A stretch of DNA of 64,000 nt from an uncultured Gallionella sp. (GCA_964608835.1 CAZSPN010000008.1:3176-67175), one strand, 5' to 3'. Shown: positions 18,016 through 27,398, counted from the first letter of the stretch. Made by a program: numbers and translations. The notes: a model not told the origin generated them from the letters alone.

Positions 18016-19239
18016 CTACTGAATTTTTCTAATGGTATGGTTGTTGGTGTCCGCCACATACATGCTCATGCCATCAGTGGTGATGCTTGAAGGGGAACTA
18101 AATTTTGCGACTGGTCCACCACCCTCCGTTGAACCAGCGACACCTGTGCCAGCGAGGAGCGATACTTCGCTGCTGGCAAGCACGATTTTTCGGATGGTAT
18201 GGTTGCCACCTTCTGCCACATACACGTTAGTCCCGTCAGTGGTGATGCCGTAAGGTAGATTGAACCTCGCATTTGTACCGACTGCATTAGTCGAACCGCT
18301 TACAAGTGGCTCTCCTGCGAGCGGGGAGACGGTGCGGTTGGCGATTTCAATTTTTCGGATAGTGTGGTTACCACTATCGGCCACGTACAGATAAGTGCCG
18401 TCAGTCGTGATTCCCTCAGGAAATCTAAACATGGCCGCCGCACCCACACCATTGGATGATCCGCTGGAAAGTGCCACACCGGCAAGCGTGGAAACTGCGC
18501 CTGTGGCAATCACAATTTTTCTAATGGTATGGTTGTTGGTATCTGCTACGTATAAATTAACCCCATCCGTGGTGATGCCACGAGGTGCTTGAAATCTGGC
18601 ATCTGTACCTAGGTCAGCATCTTTACCTATGGTGTTGTCGGCTAGTGATCCAAAATCCCCTGCCTTTCCTGCAAGCGTGGAGACTGCGTTGGGTGCAGCA
18701 ATCGCAATTTTGCGTATGGTGTGGTTATCCGTATCCGCCACATATAAGTTGATGCCGTCCGTCGTGATACCGCGAATACCTCTGAACCTCGCCTCTTTAC
18801 CTATCGCGTTGTCGGTTAAACCAAATTCCCCGGCCTTGCCCGCGAGTGTGAAAACTACGCCCGTGGCAATCATAATCTTGCGTATCGTATAGTTAAAGCT
18901 ATCCGCAACGTAAAGGTTGACCCCGTCTGTGGTAACACCCAAAGGATTTTGAAACAAAGCAAGTGCCGGCGGACCATCATCCGAGCCGGGGAAACCCGAT
19001 GAGCCACCAAATGTGGAGACAATGGCTGTGAGATTAAGCGCAACCCCTTGTTTTGCACCGCCCATGAGTACGCTGCCCGCCGATTCCCCTCCACCTCCGC
19101 CACACCCGGCAAGTGCTAAAATGCCGCAAAATATTATGCTCATCCAAGCAAAATTAATCGTCTTATTGCTCGTAACGGCTTGGTGCATGACATTGCGTCC
19201 TTTAATTAAAATGGCCAAATAATTCGACAAACTGGACAC
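18016..19239 (-). CDS. NHL-repeat six-bladed beta-propeller lipoprotein
   Basis: 407 aa. Lipobox ILALAGCGGGGG. Six copies of G(I/V)TTDGxNLYVADxxNHTIRKI spaced ~45-55 aa apart. Starts 19 nt downstream of PEP-CTERM gene 19258..19809. The true start may be the internal Met (MHQAVTS...). Confidence 0.85.
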   Translation of the reverse strand: MSSLSNYLAILIKGRNVMHQAVTSNKTINFAWMSIIFCGILALAGCGGGGGESAGSVLMGGAKQGVALNLTAIVSTFGGSSGFPGSDDGPPALALFQNPLGVTTDGVNLYVADSFNYTIRKIMIATGVVFTLAGKAGEFGLTDNAIGKEARFRGIRGITTDGINLYVADTDNHTIRKIAIAAPNAVSTLAGKAGDFGSLADNTIGKDADLGTDARFQAPRGITTDGVNLYVADTNNHTIRKIVIATGAVSTLAGVALSSGSSNGVGAAAMFRFPEGITTDGTYLYVADSGNHTIRKIEIANRTVSPLAGEPLVSGSTNAVGTNARFNLPYGITTDGTNVYVAEGGNHTIRKIVLASSEVSLLAGTGVAGSTEGGGPVAKFSSPSSITTDGMSMYVADTNNHTIRKIQ

Positions 19240-19257
19240 TCCAAACTTTGTGGTAGT

Positions 19258-19809
19258 TCAAGCCGCGCAAGATTTTTCAGTGCGTTTTCGGCGATGGGCA
19301 ACCCATCCAATCAAACTGAAGCCGGTCAACATCAACACCCACTCTTCGGATTCGGGAATCGCGGCAACGTAATAACCATCATCCCACCCGCCCAATCCAT
19401 CCCGAATCTCATCCTCACGCTTATCCTGATGCGGAATCCACTGGTGGTGATCATCTTCAGTTTTCATCTTGCTGAAAATTGTCAAGGGAACCAAATCATT
19501 TTCTCCAACGAACTCACCAAAAAAATCAACTCCCCCATTAACATGTAGAAATTGGTAATTGTTGGTACTAAACACGCTTATCAAAGTTTTATTCGATGCG
19601 TTTTCGTAACCCCATGAATCCGGAATGGTGTATTTTTTATTTTCAATCAACTGGGTCAGCAGATTTTCATAATCATCATTTCCCAGAACGATGAATTTGC
19701 AATTCCCGCAAGACTGCGAAGATGCCATCGCCTGTCCAGACAAGGCTGACAGCATCATCAAGACGTGCAAGATTAAAACGGGTAATTTTAATTTCATAAC
19801 TTTCTCCAA
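19258..19809 (-). CDS. PEP-CTERM sorting-domain protein (acidic/His/Trp-rich pre-signal region)
   Basis: 183 aa. Signal peptide ...LMMLSALSGQAMA. C-terminus AAIPESEEWVLMLTGFSLIGWVAHRRKRTEKSCAA, a variant IPES motif. Confidence 0.85.
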   Translation of the reverse strand: MEKVMKLKLPVLILHVLMMLSALSGQAMASSQSCGNCKFIVLGNDDYENLLTQLIENKKYTIPDSWGYENASNKTLISVFSTNNYQFLHVNGGVDFFGEFVGENDLVPLTIFSKMKTEDDHHQWIPHQDKREDEIRDGLGGWDDGYYVAAIPESEEWVLMLTGFSLIGWVAHRRKRTEKSCAA

Positions 19810-19895
19810 CGAACCGTTGCCCTATCGACAGGCGAGACGACACCACAATACCGGCTGTGCATGACAAATATGTTTATGCAAATGCCAAACAAAGG

Positions 19896-19911
19896 TAGTC
19901 CGAACGGATTA
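19896..19911. promoter_or_regulatory. PEP-CTERM box (TAGTCCGAACGGATTA)
   Basis: 86 nt separate it from the 19809 start. CATAAA follows after 17 nt on the coding-sense strand. Confidence 0.55.
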
Positions 19912-20275
19912 TTTGATCTGCATCGATTGCCCCCCGCAGCACTCGAATTATTAATCGCGAGGCTGATCGGTCAGCTGAGAGTAGGAAGATCGTGACGAGG
20001 GTATTTGTCCACACATCATCTTGTGCCGCTTCATGGCCGAAGTTTGCTGAGTTATGCAAGCCTGTGCGTTTTTTGCTGCAACACCTTTGCCGCGTGTGCC
20101 AAAGCCAGACGATTTGCGTTTGTAGTCGGTAAGCGGGAAACAACCAACGCGCCGGGGATGTGCGCGTGCTGTAGTTTCCGGCAGGCCACATCGGGGCCAT
20201 ACAACAATAAGCGACTATCAACCTAGTCGGGAATTACCTGATTGCTGGGCTGGGTCACTTGCAAAAACTTGCAAG

Positions 20276-20914
20276 TCAGGCTGCGAAATTGCGTTTTATA
20301 TTGCGTTTACGACGGTTGGCAGCAAAGCCAATTACACCAAAACCTGCCAGCATTAACGCCCATTCACTCGCTTCAGGAACGGGAGAAACATGATTGTCAT
20401 CATCCCAGTCAGCAAAGTCATCGTCCAGCTCTTCATCATATTCATGATGATCCCAGCGGTTATCAGTCCGACCATCTTTATCCTTAAATACTGTCCTCGG
20501 TTCTATGAACGAACCGCCCCACTGTTGCTGGAGCTTCCGAGCGTCATGTGAATAATATTCATTTTTATTACGCAGAGTTATCAGGTGGTTGCTGCTTTCA
20601 AAAATGCTCTCCAAGTGATTGGGTGAAATGTCTCCGTAGTGAGGTCTCTCTGGAATTTTGTATTTAATTTCGTCACTGAATGAAGGAACCAAATCCCCAT
20701 AGTAGTTCCTCTCTGGAATTCTGTATTCACAATCACCCATTGACCAGCTCTTCTGGGCAAAAGAACAGCTGCCAAAAATTGCATTACCCGAAACGGATTG
20801 AATGCGCACATCACCATCGTGTAATGTCGCTGCTAAGCTTTCCCCCGCTAGTGCAATTAAAGCTGACAAGCCGAGAAACACTCTCAGCATAGAAATTGAT
20901 AATTTTGTATTCAT
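20276..20914 (-). CDS. PEP-CTERM sorting-domain protein (acidic/His/Trp-rich pre-signal region)
   Basis: 212 aa. Signal peptide ...LSALIALAGESLA. C-terminus SPVPEASEWALMLAGFGVIGFAANRRKRNIKRNFAA. Confidence 0.88.
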   Translation of the reverse strand: MNTKLSISMLRVFLGLSALIALAGESLAATLHDGDVRIQSVSGNAIFGSCSFAQKSWSMGDCEYRIPERNYYGDLVPSFSDEIKYKIPERPHYGDISPNHLESIFESSNHLITLRNKNEYYSHDARKLQQQWGGSFIEPRTVFKDKDGRTDNRWDHHEYDEELDDDFADWDDDNHVSPVPEASEWALMLAGFGVIGFAANRRKRNIKRNFAA

Positions 20915-21014
20915 GATTTCCCCCAGCTAAATAATCAAGCTGAAAACAACATAACAAGAGGACATCAAGATACTAGTAAAGTGTGACGATTTTATTATGA
21001 AAATATCGTAGCAA

Positions 21015-21030
21015 TAGTCCGAACAGACTA
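21015..21030. promoter_or_regulatory. PEP-CTERM box (TAGTCCGAACAGACTA)
   Basis: 100 nt separate it from the 20914 start. CATAAT follows after 15 nt on the coding-sense strand. Confidence 0.55.
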
Positions 21031-21074
21031 GATTGAGTGAAGTTTAACGAAGTGAACTTATTTCATAACGCAGG

Positions 21075-21935
21075 TTATTCGTGATGATGACTCAACAACG
21101 GATCAACCAGCAAACCATACGAAGATTGTGATGCGAGTAAGGAATGATGAGGTATCTGATGCTCCGCTTGTTGAGTGATGTCCACATTTTGCAAAGCGTT
21201 GGCAATGGCATCTTGTGCGGCCCTTGCCAATACGCGGCGGTTTTCTGTGGCAGCCGACAGTGCTGGCGTGAAAACCACCAACGCATTAAGTTGTGAACAG
21301 CGCAGTAATTGCCAGATAGACTGTATCAGAGTCATATCACCAATGAATGATGCCTCACTGCTGTGTTCACCCGCTTCATTTTGGTAATACAGTGCGACAG
21401 GGCATATCTTCATTCTTGCATCAATAGCGGGCTGAATAAGTGCGGAATGGAAATGCCCCACCTGCTTACCATCGGTTGTTGTGCCTTCAGGGAAAAGCCC
21501 GACACTCACACCCTGACCCAGTAACAAACTCAACCGCAAATTGATCGTCGCAGCATTCTGGCGCAACGCCCGCTCTATAAAGACAGTCCCCGTACGTTGG
21601 CTCAACCAACCGATAATAGGCCAATCACGCACTTCCGATTTGGCTATAAAGCGCGACGGGTGAATCGCATTCAACACAAAAATATCCAACCATGAAACAT
21701 GATTGGCAACAACCAAATAGCCGCCCTCGCCTCTTATGGGCTGTCGCCCTTCAATTTGAACGCCAATATTGAAGATGGTGAGCAGTTGCCTGCTCCAATT
21801 CTTTAGGATGCCGAGTTGTCTCTTAGAATTCAAATGAGGATAAACAATTGCCAGCAGAATTCCATTAACCAGATGTACGGCAAGGCGTACTCCGCGAAAT
21901 ACGCTCAGCAATGGGTGCGCCGGAAAGTTATTCAT
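21075..21935 (-). CDS. Lysophospholipid (1-acyl-sn-glycerol-3-phosphate-type) acyltransferase, PlsC family
   Basis: 286 aa. HX4D motif in VVANHVSWLDIFVL, plus FPEGTTTDG. Its start overlaps the upstream GGDEF gene stop by 4 nt. Confidence 0.8.
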   Translation of the reverse strand: MNNFPAHPLLSVFRGVRLAVHLVNGILLAIVYPHLNSKRQLGILKNWSRQLLTIFNIGVQIEGRQPIRGEGGYLVVANHVSWLDIFVLNAIHPSRFIAKSEVRDWPIIGWLSQRTGTVFIERALRQNAATINLRLSLLLGQGVSVGLFPEGTTTDGKQVGHFHSALIQPAIDARMKICPVALYYQNEAGEHSSEASFIGDMTLIQSIWQLLRCSQLNALVVFTPALSAATENRRVLARAAQDAIANALQNVDITQQAEHQIPHHSLLASQSSYGLLVDPLLSHHHE

Positions 21936-23017
21936 ATTGAATCCGCACCTCCTTCTTGAGGGAGCTGATTCAACCCCGGTAATAATGTGCGGCGGCGTTC
22001 TATAAACAGGCTATTCCCCGGTTTTTTCTTGGCCATGTCCTTGGCAATTGAAACTGCTTCTGCAACTTCGTAGTGAGAACCAAATAACTTCGGGGTAATC
22101 CACACCGCACCGATAGAAAGGGTGGGGAGGGGATAATGGACAAGACGACCTTGCCGATCCTCCATCATGTATCCACCGATGGCACGGTGTTCTTTGTCAA
22201 ATAAGGTTGCCGATGTTTTCGCGAATATCGTGAGAGCCTGGCTGCAACGCTGCTCCCAATCTTCGCTTTGCAATACAAAAATAAATTCATCTCCCACTAT
22301 ATGCCCGACAAAATCTTGCTTTGGGTCGCTCACGCCATTCAGCAATTCACCGACAAACTTAATCAGCTGATCCCCTTTGCTATACCCATACGCATCGTTA
22401 AACGATTTGAAATGATCCAAATCGGCATTACATACCGCAAATGAACTTCCAGCCTGGAGAAGATTCTCTATGCATTCATTGATAGATGATTTATCAGACA
22501 AGCACATCAAAGGATCGGCATCATTTTTATTTCCAGCCAACGTGCTGGTTATTTCACGTAACAAATCCTGTCCTGTAGCCAGCCCAATATATTGACCCTG
22601 ATCGATGATAATGAAGCCATCTGTAAAATGGCTGGGATTAGATGCACTCAAAATGTTGGTGAGTTCTTCGATAGCCGTGGATTTTTCTACTACCAATGGG
22701 TGTGCATCCATCGCATCGGTACAATGTTGCTTACCCAATAATTCACGATGGATAGATTGAGAAAATTTATCCACTAACTCATAACGGTGAATCAATCCCA
22801 GTGGACTGCCTTCTTTAGTCACGGGGATAGAACGCAAATTTTGATTGGCGGAAAATAAGGCAACGATTTCTTCAATCTCTGTTTCTGGCTTAACAGGTTC
22901 AACGTAACGCAAGATTTTTTCAACGGTCACATTGCCTGCCGTAGTGTGCGATTGCTGAACAAGTGACTTCATCGTAAACACTCTATGAATAACATAGGGT
23001 GTCAGAATACGACTCAA
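21932..23017 (-). CDS. CBS-pair + GGDEF-domain protein with a degenerate signature (VGDEF)
   Basis: 361 aa; the track start is TTG, and ATG 22972 (MKSLVQQ...) is plausible. Tandem CBS-like region. GGDEF-domain context ADLDHFKSFNDAYGYSKGD...GHIVGDEFIFVL. The signature codons at 22283-22297 read V-G-D-E-F. Confidence 0.75.
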   Translation of the reverse strand: MSRILTPYVIHRVFTMKSLVQQSHTTAGNVTVEKILRYVEPVKPETEIEEIVALFSANQNLRSIPVTKEGSPLGLIHRYELVDKFSQSIHRELLGKQHCTDAMDAHPLVVEKSTAIEELTNILSASNPSHFTDGFIIIDQGQYIGLATGQDLLREITSTLAGNKNDADPLMCLSDKSSINECIENLLQAGSSFAVCNADLDHFKSFNDAYGYSKGDQLIKFVGELLNGVSDPKQDFVGHIVGDEFIFVLQSEDWEQRCSQALTIFAKTSATLFDKEHRAIGGYMMEDRQGRLVHYPLPTLSIGAVWITPKLFGSHYEVAEAVSIAKDMAKKKPGNSLFIERRRTLLPGLNQLPQEGGADSI

Positions 23018-23106
23018 TTATTTCAATTAAGTTAAAGGAATGCTCAATCTGTTCATCCTGCCAACGCAAAGTATAAGCCTGGCAAACCCCTGTGCCAAAA
23101 ACGTGA

Positions 23107-23541
23107 TCAGGTGAAATCTGGCGAAATACTAAGCCGTAAAACTAATTGCGCATCACCCTCCCGCTACCTGCTACTGAGCCACCACACCGCCCCTTTTTTG
23201 ACACTCCAGTATTGCGGCTGTCCGGTCATCAACAGTCCCGCCACCTCGCCAAGTACAGGTTGATAACCAACAACCAGTACATACCCCTCTTCATTCGGCC
23301 AGTTGACGGCATGAAGGATGTCTTGGGTAGAGTATCCGGGCAATATGTGTGGCTCGGTCAAAATCGAACGTCCCAGCGATTGCGCCGTTTGCTGGGTGCG
23401 TCGGGCTGGGCTAACCAAAATACGGGTATCGGGCGGAAAGAGCTTGTTTAGGAGCGTTGCCATTGCATGGGCCTGCCGCTCCCCCTTTTGGTTATTTTGC
23501 GATCCATATCGAAAAAACCATCTACCGCTTCCACGCATCAA
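23107..23541 (-). pseudogene. SixA-like histidine phosphatase, decayed
   Basis: Backbone typical of SixA (ILVSPARRTQQTAQSL, VLVVGYQPVLGEVAGLL, WSVKKGAVWWL). Both expected catalytic His are Tyr: RYG with TAT at 23506-23508, and GYQP with TAT at 23263-23265. The N-terminal region is shortened. In-frame TAG at 23164-23166 is followed by 18 more family-like codons (REGDAQLVLRLSISPDFT) up to TGA at 23107-23109. Confidence 0.55.
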
Positions 23542-23569
23542 AAAAAACGGGCAACCCTAAGATTGCCCG
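23540..23569 (-). terminator. Canonical intrinsic terminator (minus strand) abutting the sixA-like start
   Basis: On the minus strand: CGGGCAA (23569-23563), 8-nt loop, TTGCCCG (23554-23548), then T8 (23547-23540) running directly into the TTG/ATG of the sixA-like ORF. No minus-strand gene lies upstream. Confidence 0.5.
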
Positions 23570-23737
23570 AATTGAGGAGAAAGCACACTTAGAGGAAGCA
23601 TGATTTCAGTGTTAATAATACGCGTCAATTCCTTCATATTTATTACAAAAATGTACTTTCATATTCGACAGCTTGAACATGCGTAAGCACGGCATAATGT
23701 CCAATGGCTATGTCAACCGTGTTAACTCAATCTGAAA

Positions 23738-24964
23738 ATGCGCCTGTCTTTTCATCTATTTCTGCTGTTGTGCTGGTATGCCGAATTTGCTCATGCAGGC
23801 ACGCCACAATTTTTCCTGCCCAAGTCTGGCTTCACTGCTGGAGACCTTGCAGTTATTGTAAATGACATGGATCCGCTGAGTCGCCAGATAGGCGATTATT
23901 ATCAGAAGCGTCGCAACATTCCCCAAAGAAATGTTATCCATGTGCGATTTCGCAAAGGGGCTTCGACCATGAGTCAAAGTGAGTTTGCACGAATCAAACT
24001 ACATATAGATCGAAAAGCACCCCGCACTGTGCAGGCCTTTGTACTCACTTGGGCAGTACCTTACCGGGTCGAATGCATGTCTATTACTTCAGCTTTTACT
24101 TTTGGCTTCAATAAAGCCTATTGTTCAAATAACTGCGGCCCAACCAAACCCAGTGTTTTCTATAACGCCAGCACTTCAGTGCCTCACACCGACCTAAATA
24201 TTCGCCCTACTATGGCATTGGCCGGAGCCAACTTTGCCAACGTAAAGGCCTTGATAGATCGGGGAGTTGAAGCGGATAACAGCCACCCTCATGGAACAGG
24301 CTATTTACTGAATACCAGCGATAAAGCCCGCAATGTCAGAGCTTCGACCTACCCGCAATTAGTTCGAGCAACCACCAGTCTAATCGAAGTAAAAATGCTG
24401 GAGACTGATTCAATTAAAGACAAAGCCGATGTGCTGTTTTATTTTACTGGCCTAGTTAGCGTCCCTTATCTGGACACCCTAAAGTTCCGCCCAGGTGCAA
24501 TTGCGGATCATCTGACTTCGGCGGGTGGTCAACTAACCGACAGTAGTCAAATGAGTAGTTTGCGCTGGCTAGAAGCTGGTGCGACAGGCAGTTATGGAGC
24601 AGTAGCCGAGCCATGTAACCACCTCGCAAAATTTCCTGATCCGGCACTGGTCATGTATTGGTATTTAGTGGGAAATTCGCTCATTGAAGCCTATTGGAAG
24701 AGTGTGCAATGGCCCGGTGAGGGTATCTTTATTGGAGAGCCTTTGGCCAAGCCTTACGGTGGGTTTGACGTGCAAACACATGGCAGTGAAGTTGTGCTGC
24801 GTACCCAGGCTTTACCACCAGGAACATACCGCTTGTTCGGCGCAAACTCCGTAGTTGGACCTTATTTTCCTGAACCGGTTAGCGTCGATGTGCATCTTGG
24901 AATGAATGAGCTGCACTTCAATAATTTGAACAAACCCGTTTATCGATTGATTCGTACCCGCTGA
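23738..24964 (+). CDS. Secreted protein of unknown function
   Basis: 408 aa with signal peptide MRLSFHLFLLLCWYAEFAHA and no motif I can assign. First gene of a + strand trio with the priming transferase and the CAAX protease. A possible sigma70-like promoter is TTGAAC (23673-23678) / TAATGT (23695-23700). Confidence 0.6.
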   Translation: MRLSFHLFLLLCWYAEFAHAGTPQFFLPKSGFTAGDLAVIVNDMDPLSRQIGDYYQKRRNIPQRNVIHVRFRKGASTMSQSEFARIKLHIDRKAPRTVQAFVLTWAVPYRVECMSITSAFTFGFNKAYCSNNCGPTKPSVFYNASTSVPHTDLNIRPTMALAGANFANVKALIDRGVEADNSHPHGTGYLLNTSDKARNVRASTYPQLVRATTSLIEVKMLETDSIKDKADVLFYFTGLVSVPYLDTLKFRPGAIADHLTSAGGQLTDSSQMSSLRWLEAGATGSYGAVAEPCNHLAKFPDPALVMYWYLVGNSLIEAYWKSVQWPGEGIFIGEPLAKPYGGFDVQTHGSEVVLRTQALPPGTYRLFGANSVVGPYFPEPVSVDVHLGMNELHFNNLNKPVYRLIRTR

Positions 24965-25080
24965 CTCGTAATCCATTCTCACAAAACCGTAACATTTCTC
25001 GTGGATGATGCTAATTTTGCTGAGGCAGGGTTCTCGCTTGCACCCTGAAATGCGCGTTCAGCAATGTTCAGTGGTAATTT

Positions 25081-26493
25081 ATGACGACTCAATTCAAAAC
25101 ACCCACTTCATTCCGCCGCTCCACTTCTCTTACGATAGAACGGTCAGGGCTATTAAATCTGGTGGAAGCTTTTCTTGATCCGCTGACTATCATTTTTTCT
25201 TTGTTTGCCTTGGTGCTGTTCAAAGAATCTGAATTAACGCCACCGTACTTGATTCTTTCGTTGTTGATATTTGCCATCAGCTTTCCAGGCGAAGCTCAAC
25301 TCAACATGCCGATGTTAAGCAAAATCCGGCACATTTATTTTGACTGGGCAATCAAAGTAGGCTTGCTCGCTTTCTTTGGCTATGCCAGCCGTTACCTGGA
25401 ATTTTTTGATTTTGATATTTTATTGACATGGTTGTGGCTGGCACCTACCAGTCAGGTAGCCACCCACATTCTGGCGCGTAAAGTCGCACCCGCTATTTTG
25501 AAAATTCAGGGGGAGACTCGCTATGCCATCATTGCCGGTATAACCGAGCAAAGCGTTGAACTCGCCTTACGTTTCAAGGATGACCCTTATTCAAACACTC
25601 ACATCTTGGGGTTTTTTGATGATAGAACCGAAGAACGGGTAGAGCACGATCTTTTATGCAGGAAGCTGGGAACACTGAATGACCTCCCCAGATTCGTCAA
25701 TGAAAATAAAGTGCCACTAATCTACCTGTCACTCCCCATGAGTACCCAGCCGCGTATTCTGTCGTTGTTGGACAAGCTGCGCGATACCACCGCCTCGATT
25801 TATTTTGTACCCGATATTTTTGTCACCGACTTGATTCAAGGTCGGCTAAGCACCGCTGCCGGTTTGCCCGTTGTTGCGGTATGCGAATCTCCATTCACCG
25901 GGTTTAATGGGGTCATTAAACGCATCAGTGATATTGTCTTATCCACCTTAATTCTATGCCTCATTATGCCCATCATGCTGGTAATTGCGATAGGCGTAAA
26001 GTTTAGCTCGCCTGGGCCTGTCATATTCAAGCAAAGACGCTATGGTCTGGATGGAAGAGATATTGTCGTTTATAAGTTCCGTTCCATGACCGTGTGCGAC
26101 GATGGCGATAAAATCCAGCAAGCGCAAAAATCCGACCGTCGTATCACACCATTGGGTGCTTTCCTGCGCAAAACCTCTTTGGACGAACTGCCCCAGTTCA
26201 TCAATGTTATGCAGGGCAGAATGAGTATCGTCGGCCCGCGTCCACACGCCGTTTCCCACAACGAAGAATACCGTAAGCTCATCAAAGGCTACATGGTGAG
26301 ACACAAAGTTAAACCAGGCATCACGGGTTGGGCACAAGTAAACGGTTACCGTGGTGAAACAGAAGTTTTGGATAAAATGGCTAAGCGTATCGATCACGAT
26401 CTGGAATACCTCAGAAACTGGTCGTTACGGCTCGATCTTTACATCATCATTAAAACTGCCCTAGTTGTGCTCAAAGACCGCCATGCCTATTAG
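25081..26493 (+). CDS. epsB: Polyprenyl-phosphate hexose-1-phosphate (priming) transferase, EpsB/WcaJ type
   Basis: 470 aa. N-terminal TM helices and a C-terminal bacterial sugar-transferase domain (PGPVIFKQRRYGLDGRDIVVYKFRSM, DELPQFINVMQGRMSIVGPRP, KPGITGWAQVNG). Confidence 0.85.
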   Translation: MTTQFKTPTSFRRSTSLTIERSGLLNLVEAFLDPLTIIFSLFALVLFKESELTPPYLILSLLIFAISFPGEAQLNMPMLSKIRHIYFDWAIKVGLLAFFGYASRYLEFFDFDILLTWLWLAPTSQVATHILARKVAPAILKIQGETRYAIIAGITEQSVELALRFKDDPYSNTHILGFFDDRTEERVEHDLLCRKLGTLNDLPRFVNENKVPLIYLSLPMSTQPRILSLLDKLRDTTASIYFVPDIFVTDLIQGRLSTAAGLPVVAVCESPFTGFNGVIKRISDIVLSTLILCLIMPIMLVIAIGVKFSSPGPVIFKQRRYGLDGRDIVVYKFRSMTVCDDGDKIQQAQKSDRRITPLGAFLRKTSLDELPQFINVMQGRMSIVGPRPHAVSHNEEYRKLIKGYMVRHKVKPGITGWAQVNGYRGETEVLDKMAKRIDHDLEYLRNWSLRLDLYIIIKTALVVLKDRHAY

Positions 26494-26552
26494 GCATGTG
26501 ACCGAGTCATAAACTGATCTCGCAGTTTCGTATCACAGAAATTTTTACCCGC

Positions 26553-27242
26553 ATGAAAACACTGCGCACTTATCTTGATGAACACCCTGCATTACCCAGG
26601 GTGCTTCCTTTTGTTCTGTACATCATTTTTCTCGCGTTTGAAGATGTCATCAAGAGTGTCTCCTCACTTGGCCAATTTGATACGCGCCTGATTTATCCAT
26701 GCAAAGTAGCATGTGTTGCGCTGTTGCTGGTTTACTTCTGGCACTTCTACGCAGAGCTTGCAAAGTTCAAATTACGATTGCATGAGGTATCGTGGAGTCT
26801 GGCTGTAGGTGTGGGCGTTTTTCTACTCTGGATTAACTTGGATTACTCATGGATGAGTTTTGGACAATCCACTGGTTACGATCCGCGCAACCTGGCGGGT
26901 GAAATTGATTGGTCATTAGCACTGTCTCGCTTGCTGGGAGCCGCTGTCGTCGTCCCGATTATGGAAGAGCTATTTTGGCGTTCATTTTTATTGCGTTGGC
27001 TGGCACATTCAAAATTTCTCAATGTATCCCCTGCACAAGTTGGGCTACGAGCATTATTGATAAGCTCTGTGATGTTCGGCATGGAACATGCCTTATGGCT
27101 GGCAGGCATTATTGCTGGATTCGCCTATAGCTGGCTGTATATGAAAAGCAAAAATCTGTGGAGCTCTGTCGTCGCGCACGCCACCACCAATGGCTTGCTT
27201 GGACTTTGGGTGCTGTACACAGGGCAGTGGCATTTCTGGTAA
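26553..27242 (+). CDS. CPBP (CAAX) family intramembrane glutamic endopeptidase, PEP-CTERM-locus associated
   Basis: 229 aa, polytopic. Motifs EExxxR (PIMEELFWRSF), FxxxH (MFGMEHALW) and HxxxN (VVAHATTNGL). Confidence 0.85.
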   Translation: MKTLRTYLDEHPALPRVLPFVLYIIFLAFEDVIKSVSSLGQFDTRLIYPCKVACVALLLVYFWHFYAELAKFKLRLHEVSWSLAVGVGVFLLWINLDYSWMSFGQSTGYDPRNLAGEIDWSLALSRLLGAAVVVPIMEELFWRSFLLRWLAHSKFLNVSPAQVGLRALLISSVMFGMEHALWLAGIIAGFAYSWLYMKSKNLWSSVVAHATTNGLLGLWVLYTGQWHFW

Positions 27243-27398
27243 ATTTTTACTGCACCATGTTGCCGAGCATTCAACCCATTGAATAGTTCGATGGCTTTTA
27301 GGTGCAAAGAATTCATCTCTTTGAAACAAATATTTCAATTTCTTGCAACACTCCTTGATTAAATTTACATCTGGTAATTTTGAAATTAGGAGAAGACA

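Noticed and set aside
19874-20226. 115-aa minus-strand and 73-aa plus-strand ORFs in the spacer between two cargo genes.
   Set aside because: The products are Cys/Trp/Arg-rich, mutually overlapping and without a signal peptide or any recognisable domain. The minus ORF would also run across the box/promoter of the downstream gene.
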